A stretch of DNA of 51,927 nt, the filler included, from Squatina squatina (taxonomy: Eukaryota), in the NCBI GenBank assembly GCA_031763465.1. It is 3 parts of 2 records of this genome, joined end to end, with 100 filler letters (N's around TTAATTAATTAA, not from the genome) between each part and the next. Parts side by side here need not be neighbours in the genome. Positions count along the whole stretch, not along the records: positions 32,314 to 51,927 come from JARFOE010000168.1; 2 more parts are not named here. The stretch is one strand, 5' to 3'. The notes under the pieces were generated by a model, which searched no databases, was not told where the DNA came from, and worked only from the letters and a program-made list of their open reading frames with translations. A program made the position numbers and the translations under genes. Below are positions 47,191-51,927 of this stretch, in pieces; the first letter of the stretch is position 1; each line of letters opens with the position of its first letter.

Positions 47191-50154
47191 AGGGGCAACT
47201 AAGGCCGGGCAATGAATGGCTACATCCCATGAATGAGTAAAAGAAACTGTTGTATAAAGGACAGTTGATTCCCAGGCAGCCAGGTGTCCTTAATTAACTG
47301 TAACAAAGAACAACTGAAAGAACATTCCCGATTGTAGGACAATTTAGTTAGTAAAACCTGAACAGTTATATTTTAAATGGTCAACACTGGACTTTATGTT
47401 CGCACAGAAAGCTATAAGGCTGTGGGCTATACCCAGGGGAACAGTGACCATTGGTTGGACAATACACCGTATTGACTCACACAGCATGAAAATGGTTAAC
47501 ATTAATTTTGGAACTCTCTGTGTCTCTAGTGCAGAAGAATTTTAACCTTGTGTGAAGAGAGTGTTGAGTTACAAGCTTGTCTGTCTAATGAATTACCAGC
47601 ATAGAATAATGCAATCCTTGTGTGTTCCTACGAACCACTCGGTTGTACTTTAATTCCAATTTCCATCTCCTTCCATAAATGGTTTTAATTAATTATGGAC
47701 TAGAAGTCTTGAATGTGGCAGTGTATTAAAAATTTAATTAAAATTGATGAGCAGCTCCAAACCAGTTCTTTTCAGAGTGAATTATATCCCCCACCCCACC
47801 AAAGCTCAGCGACCTTTCATCGCATGTTCAAATATTGCTTCAAGTCTGGTGCTACTGTGTCAGCTCAGTTTTTTTGCTGTGTTTTTGAGAACTGATGATT
47901 ACACGTGACGGATCTGCAAGAGTTCCATACACTTTCATCTGATGTTGCACAGGCCGTATTTTGGAATGTTCCTACTGGAGCAAAGGATACTGTACACCGT
48001 CCCCCCCCCCCCCCCCAACCCCCCCCCCCNNNNNNNNNNNNNNNNNNNNNNNNNNNNNNNNNNNNNNNNNNNNNNNNNNNNNNNNNNNNNNNNNNNNNNN
48101 NNNNNNNNNNNNNNNNNNNNNNNNNNNNNTGGCTCTGAACCAACACCGACCTCATAAAAAAGAAAGCCCCGCACGGCAACGCATAGCTTAGGATCCCAGC
48201 GTGCTGGCACAGGGGTGGATGATTGACCGGTCCCAGGGAGTGTGTCCTGAGCAAGCGCGGTACGCATCACCGGAGGGGAAGGATCAGGGATTGAATATCA
48301 GGTGCAAATTTTACGGCTGGCCCCAGTTGCATTCAGATGTTGAGGAGCTTTACTTCCCCGCCCCTGACAGAGCTTCAGACTTGGAACTGACACTGGAATT
48401 GGCAGCAACCTCGCCATGATGGTGAGGGCATCAGCTCACACAGAAGGTTCGTTTTGTCCCGCAAATTTGGTCACCATTTTGGCTCAAGCGAGACTTGGAC
48501 CCACAACCTTCTGACTCCGAGGCATGTCCTTATGGTGTTTCCTTAGGCTTCCTGTTCAAACCTTCCAATATCAAGTCATAGATATGTGCACGGCACTGTC
48601 TTAGAAAAGAACTCTGAAGGTTTCCCACAGGCAGGAAAATAAAATGAAGGACTTTACCCTCTATTTTAAACTTTTGTGATCAGACGCCAAAAAACCTTGC
48701 ATAGATTCAGGAATGAGCTACAGACCTGAACATATGATCTCCAGTGCTGTCTGAAATGAATACAGTATTCATTGGTAATCAATTCTGCAGGTTAGTCAGG
48801 GGATGTCAAGAAACATTTTTATGATGGTGGCCTGTGCTCAACTGAATTACGAAATATTGAATTTTAATTTCTTTCCTTGTGCATTATTTTACTTTAATTG
48901 CAAAGTAAATTTGAGTCTCCCCATTCCCTGAGTGATAGGTATGCAATTCTGAAGAAGTTCAAGGAACTGACGCCATTCAATAATGCTCCCAATCAATATC
49001 TGTGAATGAAAATGGATTCTAAAGTGAAATCTCATTTCCTAGCAGAACACTGTTATATCCAAGGGCACAATTGATTGTTATTTGCAGAGTGTTATTGGGC
49101 CAGTAATGTTTGTAACAGAATCATTGGTTGTTTCTTCACCGATGAGTCTATCACAAATCTGGAAGCTCCCCTCTTAGTTCTTCTCTCCCTTGCTACTCTT
49201 GCAGAGTCTTCACCCCCCTCAGTCTGTTCTCAGAAAAGCCTTCATTAAAGTAATTATATACAGGAAGTAGGGTCTAAATTTATATTGCTGATAAAGGAAT
49301 ACATTTCTGCTCAATTAGAATCTTTAGGTAGAAAATTCTTCACTTTCTGTCTTACCTCCAATTTCATTGCCTTTACTCCTTCATATCCCTTATGGCACCA
49401 CAACCCCTATATAACTGGCACCTCAGCAGCCTCAAATCCGCAGACCATAAGCTTGAACACATTGTTGTTTATCTGGCCTGGCTGTATGCCTTACTTCCAC
49501 CACAAACTGCTTCCTTGGAGAGAAATGGCAGAGAACAAAAAGCCTGAGGTATGTTTACGTAAAGGGAACATGGGGGTCGTGGGGATTTTGAGGAGTCGGA
49601 GGAATGCTGGCACAGTCAGCGGAGAGAGTTGTTGCTATGCAGGTGGCCTTGATTTTGGACACAAAAATGTCCATCAGCTCCTTTCACTTTGTATCTGAGG
49701 TGATGATGAGTGCGAAGTAGTGTAAGGAGGCTTTTCGTGATTTGCTTTTCCACAGTTCTCGTCATTTAGAATATATTCTGATTTGTCATTTTTGGATCAG
49801 TAATATCAGAGGAGTACCCCTCCTGCACAGATGACATTTCCATTTCCAACAGTTGCCGTGCTTGACTTCAATGGAAAAGAAGATTGGGCACTATGTAAAC
49901 CAGCTGTCAATTCGCTTTGAGCATGTTTTGCGTGGTACCCTGCTCAAACCTGAGTTCAAGTTCCTTCCCCAATTCCGCTCTATTATCAATAATGCATTCT
50001 TGCACCTCGACAACATTGTCGTTATTTTTCCCCTCCCGCAGCCAAAATTTTTGTNNNNNNNNNNNNNNNNNNNNNNNNNNNNNNNNNNNNNNNNNNNNNN
50101 NNNNNNNNNNNNNNNNNNNNNNNNNNNNNNNNNNNNNNNNNNNNNNNNNNNNNN

Positions 50155-50222
50155 ACGTTGACTCTGTTTTTCTCTCCACAGATGCTGCCTGACCTGCTGA
50201 GTTTTTCCAGCAATTTTTGTTT
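50155..50222 (+). mobile_element. Common shark repeat terminus (probably Penelope-like), second copy
   Basis: ACGTTGACTCTGTTTTTCTCTCCACAGATGCTGCCTGACCTGCTGAGTTTTTCCAGC is near-identical to 42259 onward. Confidence 0.55.
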
Positions 50223-51073
50223 GTATTAAAGATCGCCTGCATTGGATTATATAAAAGAGATGAGTTCTTCGTCCTATTAGTATGGGGCAAATTTAGTTTG
50301 CCTTCTCTTTCACCCACCCAGATCTCTTGTTTCCTTGTCACTTAGCCCATATAGCTTGGCAAAATACAGGATAGGTAATGAGATGATGTGAACATACATT
50401 CAGTGCTTTTGTCTTACTCTATTAATAGCTCACACTGTAAGACCCACCTTTACAAAGATTAGAAGTTATAACCGTCTTGTTGTCAGTGATGCAACACTTA
50501 ATACATAATGCAAATTCGGACAATTTACATAACCGGCTTTTGCAAGTAACTCGTGAAACATAAATTCAACCTTTTGGAAACTTGGAAAGCATAACTGTTT
50601 TGGATAACATGTTGATTAATTATGCTAATTAGACTCTATTAACAGTTGTAAATTATGTAAATACACTCTCACTCTAACTCAAAATCAATTCCATCTCGAA
50701 AAAATGAATAACGAAGGTAAGGTTGCCACTGACCTAAATTAAGGAAATGCACTGTACTGTAATAAAACATGATATCAACCTTGAATAAATTTTTGCTGAT
50801 TAAATTAAATGTAATTTACATTTCATGCTGTCAGCTAGGAGGAATCTTGTTTAAAGGGATTATACTGTCTAGTGAAAGTGCCTGGTAAGGCAAAAAAAAC
50901 AGGCTCCAGAGCTTATTGACACTCATGAAGCTCATTGTCGGTTTCATAACAAGCGTATGTTTGAACAATTTGAAAGGTCTGCTAAAATGACAGCTTTGAA
51001 ATGGTTCAAAAACATTCTATGAAAGTTGCTGAGGACCTTATGTTAGTTTCAGCTGTGGAGATATGGTTAAAGT

Positions 51074-51518
51074 GACAGTCGTGACTCAGTGGGTAGCACA
51101 TTGGCCTCTGAGTCAGAAGGTCGTAGATTCAAGTTCCACTCCAGAGACTTGAGCACAAAATTGAGGCTGGCACTCCAGTGCAATACTGAGGGAGTTCTGC
51201 ACTGTCAGAGGTGCCGTCTTTCAGATGAGATGTTAAACCGAGGCCCGTCTGTTCTCTCAGGTGGATGTAAAAGATCCCATGGCACTATTTTGAAGGAGTA
51301 GAAGTGTTATCTCCAGTGTCCTGGCCAATATTTATCCCTCAATCCACATTAAAAAACACAGATTATTTGGTCATTATCACATTGCTGTTTGTGGGAGGGA
51401 GCCTGCTGTTCGCAAATTGGCTGCCGTGTCTCTTACATTGCAACAGTGACTGTACTTCATTGGCTGTAAAGCACTTTGGGATGTGAAAGGTGCTATATAA
51501 ATGCAAGTCTTTCTTTCT
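51074..51518 (+). mobile_element. Full-length tRNA-derived Deu-SINE (SacSINE1-like)
   Basis: A-box-like TGACTCAGTGG and B-box-like GATTCAAGTTCC. Deu-type core GCCGTCTTTCAGATGAGATGTTAAACCGAGGCCC...CCTGGCCAATATTTATCCCTCAA. Tail TATATAAATGCAAGTCTTTCTTTCT. Confidence 0.85.
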
Positions 51519-51692
51519 CATCTCCTCCCTGGTTCTTTTGCCAATTATCTTAAATCTGTGCCCTCTGGTTACCGACCCTTTTGCCAGTGGAAACAGATTA
51601 TCCCTATCTAATCTATCAAAATCCCTCGTAATTTTGAATATCTCTATTAAATCTCCCCTTAACCTTCTCTGCTCTGTAAAGAACAGTCCCAG
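51519..51692 (-). mobile_element. CR1 LINE ORF2 3' fragment, reverse orientation
   Basis: Reverse complement has AGAGAAGGTTAAGGGGAGATTTAATAGAG...TTTCCACTGGC...AACCAGAGGGCACAGATTTAAG (RRLRGDLIE...TRGH motifs). Confidence 0.8.
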
Positions 51693-51927
51693 ATGTGATC
51701 ATTTAAAGTACCAGTCAGTTCAATTGCTTTGTTGTGAAGAATTATCTTAAGTGCAGATGTAGTCTGATCATGGCTGGAATCCAGGTTTTTAAACAGTGAG
51801 TGATTAGTGTTGAACACCAGGCTGTTATGGATTCATGTTGCTGTGAAGTACAGATGCTACTTTTTGAAACTATACTCTGTTCTTCTCCTGCCTGGTGGTG
51901 GCATTTATGATAAAAGCAGTGGGGAAT

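Overview
This is vertebrate genomic DNA, most likely a cartilaginous fish (shark), judging by the SacSINE1-like Deu-SINEs, CR1/L2 LINEs and GC-rich palindromic MITE-like elements. It comes from a heavily gapped draft assembly. The window is not one locus. Two identical artificial 100-bp linkers (44 N + TTAATTAATTAA + 44 N, at 18844-18943 and 32214-32313) join three pieces. Piece 1 (1-18843) has a NEK1-like exon, two phase-compatible minus-strand exons of a gene I cannot identify, and two ATP2B4/PMCA4 exons. Piece 2 (18944-32213) has the conserved EIF2D(-)/DYRK3(+)/MAPKAPK2(+) block, with the large DYRK3 kinase exon nearly complete. Piece 3 (32314-51927) has one or two unassigned exon candidates, three PRPSAP2 exons (-) and CASKIN1 coding exon 1 (+). 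Most entries in the ORF track are artefacts of N-runs or intron/repeat sequence. I found no prokaryote-type system (CRISPR, operon, defence island) and no well-supported novel system. The best leads are the unidentified two-exon gene, a NEK1-like exon in an unexpected neighbourhood, an FTY activation loop in DYRK3, and several small transposons with visible terminal repeats or target-site duplications. Gene identifications rest on my recall of vertebrate protein sequences, not on database searches.
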